Assembly: GCA_965204345.1 (NCBI GenBank)
Contig: OZ241981.1
Span: 1,920,001-1,984,000 of the forward strand
Reading direction: 5' to 3'
Length of the DNA: 64,000 bases
Source of the DNA: Nitrosopumilus sp.
Lineage (GTDB): Archaea; Thermoproteota; Nitrososphaeria; Nitrososphaerales; Nitrosopumilaceae
Both the position numbers and the translations under genes were made by a program. Below the pieces are notes generated by a model. The model made no database searches. It saw only the letters and a program-made list of their open reading frames with translations, and was not told where the DNA came from. Below are positions 1 to 10,979 of this stretch, in pieces (within the stretch, counting starts at the first letter, position 1; each line of letters opens with the position of its first letter).

Positions 1-42
1 TCCCCCGCTGTTCCTTGATCTGTTGTGCTCTCCGTGGACCAT

Positions 43-1638
43 TTACGTGTACTCTGACAGTGTTCTTGCCACTTGCCTTGCCCCGATGTCTGAGATAAAC
101 GGTCCTATTTTTGGCCCCCTTGATGTCCCAAGTATGATTTGGTATAGCGTTCTAAAGAAGTCTTTTGGCTCAATATCACTTGTTTTTGCAATCTGGTATA
201 TTGTATTTTGAATATCTTCTGGCTCTTTGCCCTCTTCCACCTCCAGTTCATTGACAAGCAGCTTTAGTGCTTTTTTTGTAATTTCATCCAAATCAATCTG
301 TATTTTTTCCTGCTCGTCAAACTCGTCTGAAAAATTCCCTGCAAGCTCGATTAGTCTCTCTATCTCCGGCTCTGGGTTTTTTATTACTCTGTAATCTAGC
401 AGCTTCTTCATCACTCTTTGGCTTCTGTCCTCCTTGAAAATTCTTGCCAGTTCCACGGCCAGTCGGTAGTTGACATGCGTACTTGGCTGCTTTGGGGGAC
501 TGAGGAGGTTTACATATTCATACAATCCTTTTGATTTTATCAGCTTTGCCTGATTCTCTACCCTGATTCGTCCAAAGTAAATGTCCTCCAACTCGTTGTA
601 TTCTGTCATCAGCGATGGAATGTCATCCAATCCTAATTCTCTTGCGCCCGTAATTCTCTTGTAAAGCAGCAGCAGAACTGATTTTGGACTCCCAAATTCC
701 AGCCATTTTTGGGCCGTGATGACATTGCCTGATGATTTTGAGATCTTTTTTCCTCCCTTGTCTAGGAACATCTCATATTTTACGTGGTGCGGGTGTGCAA
801 ATCCTAAAATTTCGTCTGCTACCCAGTCGTTTACTTTGACTGAGTCCATAATGTCCTTCCCATATGCCTCGAATCTGATATCAAATGCTGTCCAGCGTGC
901 CGCAAACTCTACTTTCCAGGCCAACTTTCCAAGATCCCTTCTGATGTCTGCCTCTCCGGCATGACCGCATCCCTTGAGCATTTTTGAGCCAATTTCTGCA
1001 TCATGGCAGCCGTACTTTACTTTCTTTTCCCCTGCAATGTATTCTGAGGCTTTTGCAGTGTAAAGCCGATTGCAGTTTGCACATACTGGAAAATATGGCA
1101 AGTATCTCTGATATTTTTCCTGCCCTACAAGCTCTGAAATCTTGTCTCCTATTTTGGCACTGTTTTGCAGTATTGTGTGGATTTGATCTTTTAGCAATCC
1201 CTCTTTGTAGGTATCTTTTGCCCTTCTAAACTCGTATTTTATTCCGACCCTGTCTAGTCCCTCCAAAAGAATGCTGCTCATGTGCATCCCGTAAGAGTCA
1301 TGGCACCCATAGGGGTCAGGAATGAGCGAAACGGGCTTTGCAATGTGCTCCTCCAAATCAAATTTCTGCATTCCGTCTGGAATCTTTCTTAACCCGTCAA
1401 GATCGTCTGAATACGCAATCAGTTCTGATTTATGTCCTAAATTCTCCAATGCCAGTTTGACTCCATATGCCCTTACTGCATCTCCCATGCTTCCAATATG
1501 TGGTATGCCTGATGCGCCAAGCCCGCTCTCCACCCTTAGCATGTCTGTATTTCTCCCGAGTTTTTTCTCACGCTCAAGTAATTCTGAAGCTAGTTTGTCT
1601 ATCCATGTTCCCTTTCCGATAGTTTCTTGCCCTGACAT
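43..1638 (-). CDS. lysS: Lysine--tRNA ligase, class I
   Basis: SGLGASGIPHIGS (HIGH-like), KLAWKVEFAARW, GKKISKSSGN (KMSKS-like) and C-terminal GPKIGPF, typical of archaeal class I LysRS. Confidence 0.96.
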   Translation of the reverse strand: MSGQETIGKGTWIDKLASELLEREKKLGRNTDMLRVESGLGASGIPHIGSMGDAVRAYGVKLALENLGHKSELIAYSDDLDGLRKIPDGMQKFDLEEHIAKPVSLIPDPYGCHDSYGMHMSSILLEGLDRVGIKYEFRRAKDTYKEGLLKDQIHTILQNSAKIGDKISELVGQEKYQRYLPYFPVCANCNRLYTAKASEYIAGEKKVKYGCHDAEIGSKMLKGCGHAGEADIRRDLGKLAWKVEFAARWTAFDIRFEAYGKDIMDSVKVNDWVADEILGFAHPHHVKYEMFLDKGGKKISKSSGNVITAQKWLEFGSPKSVLLLLYKRITGARELGLDDIPSLMTEYNELEDIYFGRIRVENQAKLIKSKGLYEYVNLLSPPKQPSTHVNYRLAVELARIFKEDRSQRVMKKLLDYRVIKNPEPEIERLIELAGNFSDEFDEQEKIQIDLDEITKKALKLLVNELEVEEGKEPEDIQNTIYQIAKTSDIEPKDFFRTLYQIILGTSRGPKIGPFISDIGARQVARTLSEYT

Positions 1639-1644
1639 TTGCTT

Positions 1645-3234
1645 TCACTGGTTCAACGTCTTTGACATGTATGGCCCATATAACGAATACCCTAATCTCT
1701 GATAGTATTCCCTTGTACCCACTGCACTGATGACCAGAATCTTCTTTGCATCAAACTCTTCTTTTGATATCTTTTCAGCTTCTCTCATCAAACTTTTCCC
1801 CAATCCCAAATGCTGTATTTGGTCTTTTTGTTTTTCTCCTAATTTCAGTGATCTTCCATACACGTGAATCTCTCTAACTATGCAGCACGTGCTGCCTTTG
1901 ATTTCGTCTCTGTGTGCATCCATGCTTGGTTTTCGCAATCTTAGAAATCCATACACTGATTCATCCTTGTCTTCATAGGATAGGAAAACTTCTTTTCCTC
2001 CCGATGAATCATAATCAATTCTGCATAGTCTGATCTCCTCATTTGGCTCCTTTTTTGAGAGGCCTGCTTCCCTGCACCTGATACACTTGCATGACAGTCC
2101 TAGCTTGGCAAGGTTTTGGTGCACAATCTGTCTTAAATTTCCTGATTTTGGGCCTGCAGTGATTTCTTTGGGCGATATCTCCCTTTGCACCCTCATGATT
2201 CTGACCCATTTTGGAACGTTTCTTTTGGCCTCTGTTAGCACCCTGATCATATCCTCATCTGAGTATGGCGTGTACTTTTTCTGCTCGTATTCTTTGTATA
2301 ACGGAGTATTCTCAATTACCAGCGATGGATAAATTTTCAACATGTCCGGGCGTAGCTGCGGATCTGAAAACAGCTTTTTAAAATCTGCAATATCCCCTTC
2401 TGGGGTCATTGTGGGCAATCCCGGCATCATGTGTGCCACAATTTTGTATCCTGCATCTTTTGAAATCTGAAATGATTCCACTACATCGCCATAGCTGTGG
2501 CCCCTGTTGACTAATTCATATACCCGTTCTTGTAATGACTGTACCCCGATTTCTATCCTGGTTATCCCGTAACCTAGCATCAAATCAACATGCTCTTCTT
2601 TGCAATAATCCGGCTTTGTCTCAATTGTAAATCCCACGTTTCTTATTGACGCATGCTCGTTGTTTGATTTGGCCTCTTCTAGGCTCTTTGAATCGTTTCC
2701 ATTTAGGGCATCATAGCATGATTTTATAAAGTTCCTTTGGTAATCCTTTGGCATAAACAAAAATGTTCCGCCGACAATAACAACCTCCATTTTAGATGGA
2801 TCATGTCCAAACGCAATTAGTTTTTCTATCTTTGATGTGATCTGTAATTTGGGGTCAAATTCATTCTGAATCGCATTAAGTGATGAGGGCTCTTTTCCTG
2901 TATAGCTGTTGGGGGAGTTAAACTCGATTCCTCCCGGACAGTACGTACACCGGCCATGCGGGCATGCATATGGCTTTGGCATTAATGCAACTACTGATAC
3001 TCCTGATGCTGTTTTGGCAGGCTTTCTTAGCAGCACGTTTCTTAGCTTATCAAAATCATCCTCTTTTGCCACTGATAAGATCTCATAATTTCTTGGAATT
3101 CTCTCTAGTGCATATTTTGTACAAATCTTTATAATTTCCTCTTTTACCTGCTTTTTACTTGGTTCTTGAATTGTTAGCAAGTTTTGGGTAATTTCGCTGC
3201 ACGCTTTGGATAAGACAGGATCTAGTCTATTCAT
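1645..3234 (-). CDS. elp3: Elongator Elp3 radical SAM/acetyltransferase (tRNA U34 carboxymethylation)
   Basis: CPHGRCTYCPGG radical-SAM motif, GGTF, ETKPD, REIHVYG and QHLGLGK GNAT motifs. Confidence 0.95.
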   Translation of the reverse strand: MNRLDPVLSKACSEITQNLLTIQEPSKKQVKEEIIKICTKYALERIPRNYEILSVAKEDDFDKLRNVLLRKPAKTASGVSVVALMPKPYACPHGRCTYCPGGIEFNSPNSYTGKEPSSLNAIQNEFDPKLQITSKIEKLIAFGHDPSKMEVVIVGGTFLFMPKDYQRNFIKSCYDALNGNDSKSLEEAKSNNEHASIRNVGFTIETKPDYCKEEHVDLMLGYGITRIEIGVQSLQERVYELVNRGHSYGDVVESFQISKDAGYKIVAHMMPGLPTMTPEGDIADFKKLFSDPQLRPDMLKIYPSLVIENTPLYKEYEQKKYTPYSDEDMIRVLTEAKRNVPKWVRIMRVQREISPKEITAGPKSGNLRQIVHQNLAKLGLSCKCIRCREAGLSKKEPNEEIRLCRIDYDSSGGKEVFLSYEDKDESVYGFLRLRKPSMDAHRDEIKGSTCCIVREIHVYGRSLKLGEKQKDQIQHLGLGKSLMREAEKISKEEFDAKKILVISAVGTREYYQRLGYSLYGPYMSKTLNQ

Positions 3235-3501
3235 GTATAGTCATACTGGTTTCTACATAAATTCGTTAAATAATTTGGGATCTTGCCCACTATTTGTGCC
3301 TGGTATTTCTTGGGTCTGGAATTTTCCGGCCGTTTTTCTACTTGCAATGCCTTTTCCAATATTTTTTTTAAACTCTGTTATTCCAGTTGATTTTTTTTCA
3401 TTTCTGCAACTATTTTTGTCTTAAATGAATCATCATCATCCATTGTCTCTGGCATGCGTTGCCCTAAGAATCATCCATGCAATTTAGGGCGGGCTGGTAT
3501 C

Positions 3502-4752
3502 TTATTCTGGTTTTGTCTCAATGCCTTTTGGGGATGCATTGGCGTCGTTTTTCTGTTCTTTTCTGTATTCCATTTTTAGCCATATTGGCGTGATGATTGT
3601 TGTTACTGCCACCATGATTACAATCGTAGAGTATACTTCTGAGGTTAGAACGCCTGCTGTAACCCCGACTCCGGCCACGATCAGTCCTACCTCTCCCCTT
3701 GAAATCATTCCTATCCCTACTCTCATTCCCTGTGCCTTGCTTTTCAAAAATAGTATCGATGGCAATCCACATCCAAACAGTTTTGTCACAATGGCCACTA
3801 TGATGATTATTCCACTTAGCATCAAAATATTCAAGTCTACTGCTCTTAGATCCACCTGTGCCCCAATTATTGCAAAGAACAGCGGTGCAAAAATTAACCC
3901 AATCTTGCCAATAAAGTTCTCCACCTTCTCAAAGACCTTGGTAGTTGATAGGGCCATTCCTACTGCAAACGCCCCGACAATGGGGGACAGTCCTATTGAT
4001 CCTGCCAGTGCCGCTGCCCCAAAGAATGCCGCAGTCGCTATTCCTTCAACGCTTCCCTTTGCCTTCCATAATCTTGGGGTAATGACCTTTGGAATTATTA
4101 CCACTGCTGTGACTAGCATTATTGCAAAGAATCCCAGCACCTTCAAAATCGTTATTGTTACTTCTGTAATGTCTATGCTTTCTATTCCCACGTCTGAGCC
4201 TGTGATTGATATTACTACTGACAATACTGCAATTGCCAAGATATCATCCACCACTGCTGCCCCGATAATCAGTCTGGCCTCTGGCGTCTTGATCTTTCCA
4301 AACTCGTTTAGTACCTGAATTGAGATTGCAATACTTGTGGCAGTAAGCGCAGTTGCAATCAGCATTGATTCTAGTGCCTCAAATCCAAACACCTGGAACA
4401 CTGCAAGCCCTGCAAAAAATGGAACTACTACCCCTAGTGTTCCTACTGTAAATGATGCCTTGCCTCCCTTGAGAAATTCTTTTGGCGTCATTTCCAATCC
4501 TGCCATGAACAAAATGACAATTGCCCCCATCTCCCCCAGAATTTTGATCTCATCGTTGATCTGCAAAAGATGCCTGCCATCAATTATGAAAAACTGTCCT
4601 AATGCAAACGGACCAATAATCATTCCTGCAAGCAGCTCTCCTAGCACAATTGGGAGTTTTAATCTAAGGAAGAGCTCTGCCATCAGCTTTGCTGCAAATA
4701 AGAGTATTCCAACTCCTATGATTGTCTCAATTAAATGCGCCTCTGCTGCCAT
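3502..4752 (-). CDS. Cation:proton antiporter (CPA2/NapA-type)
   Basis: Many TM segments; ATALTATS, AAVVDD and SRGEVGL motifs; start placed at ATG 4752 (MAAEAH). Confidence 0.9.
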   Translation of the reverse strand: MAAEAHLIETIIGVGILLFAAKLMAELFLRLKLPIVLGELLAGMIIGPFALGQFFIIDGRHLLQINDEIKILGEMGAIVILFMAGLEMTPKEFLKGGKASFTVGTLGVVVPFFAGLAVFQVFGFEALESMLIATALTATSIAISIQVLNEFGKIKTPEARLIIGAAVVDDILAIAVLSVVISITGSDVGIESIDITEVTITILKVLGFFAIMLVTAVVIIPKVITPRLWKAKGSVEGIATAAFFGAAALAGSIGLSPIVGAFAVGMALSTTKVFEKVENFIGKIGLIFAPLFFAIIGAQVDLRAVDLNILMLSGIIIIVAIVTKLFGCGLPSILFLKSKAQGMRVGIGMISRGEVGLIVAGVGVTAGVLTSEVYSTIVIMVAVTTIITPIWLKMEYRKEQKNDANASPKGIETKPE

Positions 4753-4875
4753 ATTTTCCTGATAACTGTTGAAAAATCTGTCATATAAGGTAGTATCAGA
4801 TCTATTTTTTTTCATTTTTGTTTAAAAATCTGAAATTCCAGCTAAGTTATTATCTAGTTTAAAAAAAATTCCGGC

Positions 4876-5034
4876 ATGGGATTCAAAAAAGGCATTGACA
4901 CATGTGTGGAGTGTGAGAAGAAGATGAGGGAGGATCCTAACGAGACAGGAATGTGCAGCAAGTGTGGTGCGGCACAAAATCGCATCGAATCATCAATATA
5001 CAAAGAGCTAATCGGCGAGGGAAGGTTCCCCTAA
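4876..5034 (+). CDS. Small zinc-ribbon protein, 52 aa (not in ORF track)
   Basis: Translated by hand: MGFKKGIDTCVECEKKMREDPNETGMCSKCGAAQNRIESSIYKELIGEGRFP; two CxxC motifs; fills the intergenic gap. Confidence 0.7.
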   Translation: MGFKKGIDTCVECEKKMREDPNETGMCSKCGAAQNRIESSIYKELIGEGRFP

Positions 5035-5053
5035 CTGATCTCCTATAGGCAAG

Positions 5054-6076
5054 CTATGCAATTTTTGTAGAATTTACAAAAACTCCTTTTTTAGAAGTTA
5101 TCTGTCCTATCTCCTGACTTGGGATCTTGTACTTTTTGAATACTGTTTTGATCCGTGCTGCCTGATCCTTTGGTGCAACTACGCAGAATCCCACTCCCAT
5201 GTTAAATGTCTTGTACATTTCCTCAGGCCTTACTCCCTGCTCCTCTACCAGGCCCATGATTGGCGGGATCTTGGGCAGAGAGTCTATTTGATAGCCTATG
5301 TTTTTGAGGCGCAGCAATTTGGTAAATGCTCCTCCCGTAATATGTGCAAATCCGCTTACCCTGCACTTTTGATTAATCTCAAGGACCGGCTTTGCATAGA
5401 TTTGAGTCGGTTTTAGTAGTGCATCCCCTATTACCCCGACTCCTTTTACCCTGTCTTTTATCGAATATTTTTTTAATAGCGCTTTTCTTGCAAGCGAATA
5501 GCCGTTTGAGTGAATGCCTGAGCTGCCGGCCCCGATGATCACATCTCCTGCTTTGATCTTATCCCCCAAAACCATCTCTTTTTTTTCCAACAGTCCTACT
5601 ACCATTCCTGCCAAGTCAAATGCAAATCCCTTCCCCTCAATCACGTCTGCCATTATTGCGGTTTCTCCCCCCACAATTGGCATTGCTGATTTCTTTGCAC
5701 CTGCTACCAGACCCTCGACAATTTTTTTAAGCGCCGTTACGTCATTTTTGTTTGCAGCAATATAGTCTACAAAAGATATCGGGGTCGCTCCGATACATAT
5801 CACGTCATTGACGTTCATTGCAACGCAGTCAATTCCTATGGTACTGTATTTTTTCATCATGCTTGCAATCACTACTTTGGTTCCAACGCCGTCTGTATGT
5901 GTGGCCAGCAGCTTCCCCCCTGGGATTTCCACTATTCCCGCATAATGGCCAAACCCGTGTGCCATCTTTGCCTTTTTCTGTAGCTTGTGGGTTGAGGAAA
6001 TTAACTTGCCGATTGCCCTTTGACTCTGTTTAATCTTGGAAATATCCACGCCTGCTTCCTTGTATGTTAGTGCCAT
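5054..6076 (-). CDS. purM: Phosphoribosylformylglycinamidine cyclo-ligase (AIR synthetase)
   Basis: YKEAGVDI, TDGVGTK, GGETA, SSGIHSNGYSL, HITGG, TFNMGVG. Confidence 0.97.
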   Translation of the reverse strand: MALTYKEAGVDISKIKQSQRAIGKLISSTHKLQKKAKMAHGFGHYAGIVEIPGGKLLATHTDGVGTKVVIASMMKKYSTIGIDCVAMNVNDVICIGATPISFVDYIAANKNDVTALKKIVEGLVAGAKKSAMPIVGGETAIMADVIEGKGFAFDLAGMVVGLLEKKEMVLGDKIKAGDVIIGAGSSGIHSNGYSLARKALLKKYSIKDRVKGVGVIGDALLKPTQIYAKPVLEINQKCRVSGFAHITGGAFTKLLRLKNIGYQIDSLPKIPPIMGLVEEQGVRPEEMYKTFNMGVGFCVVAPKDQAARIKTVFKKYKIPSQEIGQITSKKGVFVNSTKIA

Positions 6077-6125
6077 AGTTTGATGCGCATCTGATATGAA
6101 TAAAAGAATTTGCCTGCCGTCTCGA

Positions 6126-6851
6126 TCACATGTACATTCCGGCTATCTCTTCTCTGTGTTCTACGTACTTTTGAGACAGCTCGCTGAATTCTGAATGAAT
6201 CCTGTCTTTTTCCTTTTGGAGTTCTGATGTGTCTATTTTCATATCATAAAAGCGGTTTATGGCCTCAATTAGGGTCGCAGCCGCCTCAGAATCAGGCGCA
6301 TCCTTGTTTGCCTTTGCCAGTAGGGTAAGTCCCTGAATTTCTCTTACCAGGCATTCGTTTAGTATTCCTCCCGGTATGCCTGTGATAAATCCTTGAGGTA
6401 TCATGCTGATGTCCTTGTCTGCCATTGTTCTTATCAGATCCTCCTCTGCTGCACAGTATGCCTTGTCATCGTGTTCCATGCTTGCGACTCCGTCTAAGAT
6501 CACAATCTCCTTAGAGCCCTTCTTTGCTGCCCAATCCAGAATTGAGGATACTAGCGAATATAGTCCTTCCATTCTTAGCGTTATTTCACAAATTATCGCG
6601 CAAATTGTCCCTTCTTTGTTTGCATAAAATCGGAACGGATGACGCAATCTTCCTCTCATAAATACCGTTGATGGCGGCAGATGTCTTGATCTCATGACTG
6701 CTATCTCCTCCATCTCCAACTCTGCAATTATGTGGTTAATTGAAACCGGCCCTACTAGGCCTGCCCCCACAAATCCTGCAAATATTACTGGACTCTTTAG
6801 TTCTGCTTTTTTAATTTCAAAGACTTCGGCTTCTGGAAATTCTCTTTGCAC
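6126..6851 (-). CDS. PAC2-family proteasome assembly chaperone
   Basis: GFVGAGLVG N-terminal motif, HPFRFY, GFITGIPG, PDSEAA. Confidence 0.85.
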   Translation of the reverse strand: MQREFPEAEVFEIKKAELKSPVIFAGFVGAGLVGPVSINHIIAELEMEEIAVMRSRHLPPSTVFMRGRLRHPFRFYANKEGTICAIICEITLRMEGLYSLVSSILDWAAKKGSKEIVILDGVASMEHDDKAYCAAEEDLIRTMADKDISMIPQGFITGIPGGILNECLVREIQGLTLLAKANKDAPDSEAAATLIEAINRFYDMKIDTSELQKEKDRIHSEFSELSQKYVEHREEIAGMYM

Positions 6852-6872
6852 TGTTTACATCAATTTTTCTGT

Positions 6873-7220
6873 CTAATTATCTTTGTTGATGAAGAGATTT
6901 AACATGACTCTTCCTTTGTCTGTTATGGTGTAGATCACGTTTGCCCCGACTGGCTCTTTTTTGATAAAATTATAGTCTACACACAGATGCAGATAGTTTA
7001 GAAATGATTTTTTCATTCTGATCTTTGATTTTGAATACAAGTCTGAGAATGTCATCGGACTGCCCCTGAGTTGGTATAGTAGTTTCAATAGTGACAGGGT
7101 ACTGTAATCTCTAGTCCTTGCCTTTACTGCATCTAGAATTTGCTCATCTCGCTTTATAATAAAATCTTCGAATTGATCTGCTACCTCTAGTGGTACATAT
7201 GTTAGTCTTGCTCGCATCAT
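6873..7220 (-). CDS. Winged-helix DNA-binding protein
   Basis: C-terminal YTITDKGR wing motif preceded by an HTH-like segment. Confidence 0.7.
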   Translation of the reverse strand: MMRARLTYVPLEVADQFEDFIIKRDEQILDAVKARTRDYSTLSLLKLLYQLRGSPMTFSDLYSKSKIRMKKSFLNYLHLCVDYNFIKKEPVGANVIYTITDKGRVMLNLFINKDN

Positions 7221-7401
7221 ACCGTATAGTACGGTACATTACCTTATTAGTCTTTAACTTGAGCTTTTTTGATCTTCTAAGCTGGTTTTTTTACACCTGA
7301 TTGTGCCTAAATTTCTTTTTTTTAGAATTAGCTTGAATTGTTTGAATTGTGAAATTATAGTATATCATCTGATTTAAACGCCCATCATCTAAAATTCATC
7401 T

Positions 7402-8340
7402 GTGGAAATTGCAATAAGTGGCGTGCTGACCCTGGCTGGACTGGTCATGCTGTGTTTTGGCGGCAGTTGGCTAGTTGGCGGCGGTGTTGCCATTGCAAAG
7501 AAATTTCGCATCAGCAATCTTGTAATTGGAATGACTATTGTTGCTTATGGCACATCCACTCCCGAACTTGCCGCTAGTATTGCAGCAGCTGGCGAGCACA
7601 GTGCAATCATTCTTGGAAATGTCATAGGAAGCAACATTGCAAACGTGGGATTGGTAATTGGCATATCTGCAGTTTTTGTGCCCCTTGTTGTACGCAGGTC
7701 TATCTTGAAAAAAGAGGTTCCCATCATGCTGGGTGTTTCATTACTGCTTGTCCTGCTTTCAGCTGACGGTGATCTCTCCTATTATGATGGAATAGTGCTG
7801 CTTGCCGGCCTTGGCGCATTTGGATTTTACACGTATCGTGATGCGATAAGACAAAGGGAAAAAGATGATGCGCAAAGTCTCAAGGATACTAAAAAGAACG
7901 TCTACCTAAAATCATTTGGTCTGATTGGAATCGGCATTGCTTTTTTGTATGTTGGTGCCGAACTGACAGTTAGCAATGCTGTGATTTTGGCAAAAGAGTT
8001 TGGGCTGTCTGAAAAAATAGTCGGCTTGACTGTGATTGCAATTGGAACATCCCTTCCGGAACTAGTCACATCAGTTGTTGCCATCAGAAAGGGCCATGCA
8101 GATATTGGCATTGGAAATATCATTGGAAGCAACATCTACAATATTTTGATGATAATGGGCGTGGGTGCTGCGCTTGGCGGCGTAATGATTGGCACTGATG
8201 TTTATGCTGATTATGCAATTATGATTATCTTCAGTCTGTCCCTGCTTGTTGCCTTAAAGACCGGACTCATTGGCAGGACCATGGGAATCTGCTTGGCTGC
8301 AGGCTATGTTGCGTATCTGACAGTCACGTTTTTTAGATAA
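7402..8340 (+). CDS. Na+/Ca2+ antiporter, CaCA (YrbG) family
   Basis: Two alpha repeats: GTSTPEL...GNVIGSNIAN and GTSLPEL...GNIIGSNIYN. Confidence 0.93.
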   Translation: MEIAISGVLTLAGLVMLCFGGSWLVGGGVAIAKKFRISNLVIGMTIVAYGTSTPELAASIAAAGEHSAIILGNVIGSNIANVGLVIGISAVFVPLVVRRSILKKEVPIMLGVSLLLVLLSADGDLSYYDGIVLLAGLGAFGFYTYRDAIRQREKDDAQSLKDTKKNVYLKSFGLIGIGIAFLYVGAELTVSNAVILAKEFGLSEKIVGLTVIAIGTSLPELVTSVVAIRKGHADIGIGNIIGSNIYNILMIMGVGAALGGVMIGTDVYADYAIMIIFSLSLLVALKTGLIGRTMGICLAAGYVAYLTVTFFR

Positions 8341-8360
8341 TCTGTGCCTATTTTCCAGAT

Positions 8361-9719
8361 TTAAATCGAGCTTACTGCAATGTCTTTTACCTTGATTGAT
8401 GGCGTAATTGATGGCAATGATGCCCATTGAATCACATTTTTTGGACTGTCTCCAACATCTGAAATATTCTTTAACATTTTTGGCAAACTGTGAATTATTC
8501 TAACTGATTTTCCGGGATTTGTTATCTCCCCATCTTTAATAATTCTGATTCCACTTCTTGCAGTACATGAAAAATCCCCCTTTATGGGATTCACTGCATA
8601 AGTGTACCACAGCCGTCCTACTAGCAATCCCTGCTTTGTATCCTTGATCATCTCTTCTTGTGTCTTTGTTCCCGGCATTAGCGTTAGATTGTGTGGCAAT
8701 GACGCTGGAATTGGCTCTGTGCTTCTTCCCATCTGAGATCCTGCACGTGACGCATTCCCTGTTGATTGCCTGTCTTTTTTGTATCCGTCAAACAGGTTTG
8801 AATACGTGTCTGTGAATATGCCGTTTGCCACCAGTGTCCTTTTCTTGGTTTCTGTGCCCTCATCATCGACTGATTTTGTTCCCATTCCATTTGGAACGTG
8901 CGGATCATCGACTAGACTGAATTCTTTGGCTGCAATCTCTTTTTCAAACTTGTCTGAAAAGCAGCTCTTCTTTTCTGAAAACAGTTTGAAATTAAAGTTT
9001 GCAGCCATCACAAATGCCAGTATCTCTCCAACTGAGTATGGCTCAAAAATTATCGAATATTTTTCTGATGGTATTTTTTGCGGGTTTATTGATTCAACGC
9101 ACATTTTTTTTGCATCGCCCCCTATCTGCTCTGCTGAAAAGCTTGACAGCATTCTTCCGCTACCGTGCCCTATTCCTGACACCGGGGTATTGCCTAATTC
9201 TGATTCGGCATTAATTATGCCTGCAATGTATGTTGCTTTTTCCTTAAAGCTTAGCCCGTTGGAATTTTCCAATTCAAAATTCTCTGATACTATGTTCAGT
9301 GATCCTGTAATGGTATCTATTTTACTGTCTTTGGCTGAATTGATCATGTTTTGTACGATATCCGTAATCTCTGATCCTGATATCTCTTCTAGTCTTTTAT
9401 CATATGTTCCTTTTATCTCCAAGCGATTTGTTGCATGCGGCAACCCCTTCCAAAATTTTATCGGCTTGCTTTTTGATAATGTTCTAAGGGTTTGATCCAT
9501 GGTATGTTCTATCTCCTGTTCATTAGTTGTCTGAATCGATGCAATTTTTTTATCCTGTATCAGCCGGATTCCTAGACTCTTATCAAAATTCTGTTTAATC
9601 TCTGCTATCTTCGAATCCGTAACCCTGATGGTTGTTGTTTTCTTTTTTACTGATACTATCTCACACTCGTCTATCTTTCTTTTCCTTGAATGCGCCAGTG
9701 CCTTTTCAAAGGCTGACAA
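8361..9719 (-). CDS. TldD/PmbA family protein (PmbA/TldE-like)
   Basis: DDEGTET, STGNASR, NPIKGDFS and ITPSIKV motifs. Confidence 0.88.
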   Translation of the reverse strand: MSAFEKALAHSRKRKIDECEIVSVKKKTTTIRVTDSKIAEIKQNFDKSLGIRLIQDKKIASIQTTNEQEIEHTMDQTLRTLSKSKPIKFWKGLPHATNRLEIKGTYDKRLEEISGSEITDIVQNMINSAKDSKIDTITGSLNIVSENFELENSNGLSFKEKATYIAGIINAESELGNTPVSGIGHGSGRMLSSFSAEQIGGDAKKMCVESINPQKIPSEKYSIIFEPYSVGEILAFVMAANFNFKLFSEKKSCFSDKFEKEIAAKEFSLVDDPHVPNGMGTKSVDDEGTETKKRTLVANGIFTDTYSNLFDGYKKDRQSTGNASRAGSQMGRSTEPIPASLPHNLTLMPGTKTQEEMIKDTKQGLLVGRLWYTYAVNPIKGDFSCTARSGIRIIKDGEITNPGKSVRIIHSLPKMLKNISDVGDSPKNVIQWASLPSITPSIKVKDIAVSSI

Positions 9720-9722
9720 TTA

Positions 9723-10979
9723 TTACTGCTTCCTTGGGTTTTTGTAATTAAATTTGTTTATCTTTATCAATTCTGCATATGAACCAAACTGCTTGTCTGA
9801 TACGCAGTCTAGCCTTTCTTCGACTATACTATCACTCTCAAACCTTTTTAGAATTTTATACTGTGTGTCTCTTTCTGCTGGCACCCTTCCTGTCTCCCTT
9901 ATCATTCTTCTAATTTCCTTGGGCTTTAGCAATTGACCGTGTTCTGAACCTGCCGATGTGGAGATGCTCTCATTAATGAGGGTTCCGCCAAAATCATTTG
10001 CTCCCCACATCAGCAATAATTGGGACATTTTTTGTCCCTCTTTTACCCATGACATTTGAATATTGTCTATGTGGTTGTTTAGCATAATTCTTGCGACTGC
10101 ATGTGTAAGCAAAACATCATTTCCACTGCCTCCCTGCCTGATTCCCTCATGCAGCTTGTGCTTGTACATTGGTGCCTCTGTATGGATGAAATTAAGCGGA
10201 ACAAACTCTGTAAACCCTCCCGTCTCTTTTTGAATGTCTCTTAATTTTGCAATATGTCTTACCCTGTCCCTGAGGGTCTCTACGTGGCCAAACATCATAG
10301 TCGATGTTGTATTAATCCCCATTCTGTGGGCACACTTGATGACTGTCTCCCAATCGTCTGCACTTATTCTTCCTGGTGAAATTCTGTCTCTTAGTTTTTG
10401 ATCCAGTATCTCAGCTGAGGTCCCGGGAAGTGTATTGACTCCTGCCTCCTTCATTCTTTTTAGAAACTCCTCAATTGAGACGTTTGATCTTGTTGCGCCA
10501 TACAAAATCTCCTCAGGCGAAAACCCGTGGATGTGTATATCTGGAATCTCTCTTTTGATTTCCCTGCAGATATTCTCATACAAGTCGCCTTCCATGTCAG
10601 GTGGCAGCCCTGCCTGTATGCATACCTCCGTTGCCCCTAGCTGGTATGCTTCTTTTGTTCTACGCACAATCTCCTCTGTTGGCAGAAAATATCCCTCTTC
10701 TTCTCTAAAATCCCTACTAAATGCGCAAAATCCACATTGTTTTATGCAGACATTTGTGAAATTGATGTTTCTGTTGACTATATATGATACTGTGTCCCCT
10801 ACCCTCCTTCTTCGTAACTCATCTGCGACAAGTCCCACTAGATGAAAGCTTATCCCGGTTGCATTAAACAGCTCTAATCCGTCATTTGCAGAGATCTCTT
10901 TTTCAGACAATGCATTCTCTAGTATTTCTGAAATTTTCGAATCTGCATTTTTAAAAAGTGAGTCCATGCTGCCTGTCAT
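9723..10979 (-). CDS. cofH: FO synthase subunit CofH (radical SAM)
   Basis: NRNINFTNVCIKQCGFCAFS, PGTSAEIL, TMMFGHVE, NIQMSWVK, GANDFGGTL. Confidence 0.93.
   Translation of the reverse strand: MTGSMDSLFKNADSKISEILENALSEKEISANDGLELFNATGISFHLVGLVADELRRRRVGDTVSYIVNRNINFTNVCIKQCGFCAFSRDFREEEGYFLPTEEIVRRTKEAYQLGATEVCIQAGLPPDMEGDLYENICREIKREIPDIHIHGFSPEEILYGATRSNVSIEEFLKRMKEAGVNTLPGTSAEILDQKLRDRISPGRISADDWETVIKCAHRMGINTTSTMMFGHVETLRDRVRHIAKLRDIQKETGGFTEFVPLNFIHTEAPMYKHKLHEGIRQGGSGNDVLLTHAVARIMLNNHIDNIQMSWVKEGQKMSQLLLMWGANDFGGTLINESISTSAGSEHGQLLKPKEIRRMIRETGRVPAERDTQYKILKRFESDSIVEERLDCVSDKQFGSYAELIKINKFNYKNPRKQ

Noticed and set aside
3521-4318. Long antisense ORFs (also 8779-9495, 21605-22111, 23821-24300 and others)
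   Set aside because: Opposite-strand shadows of well-supported genes
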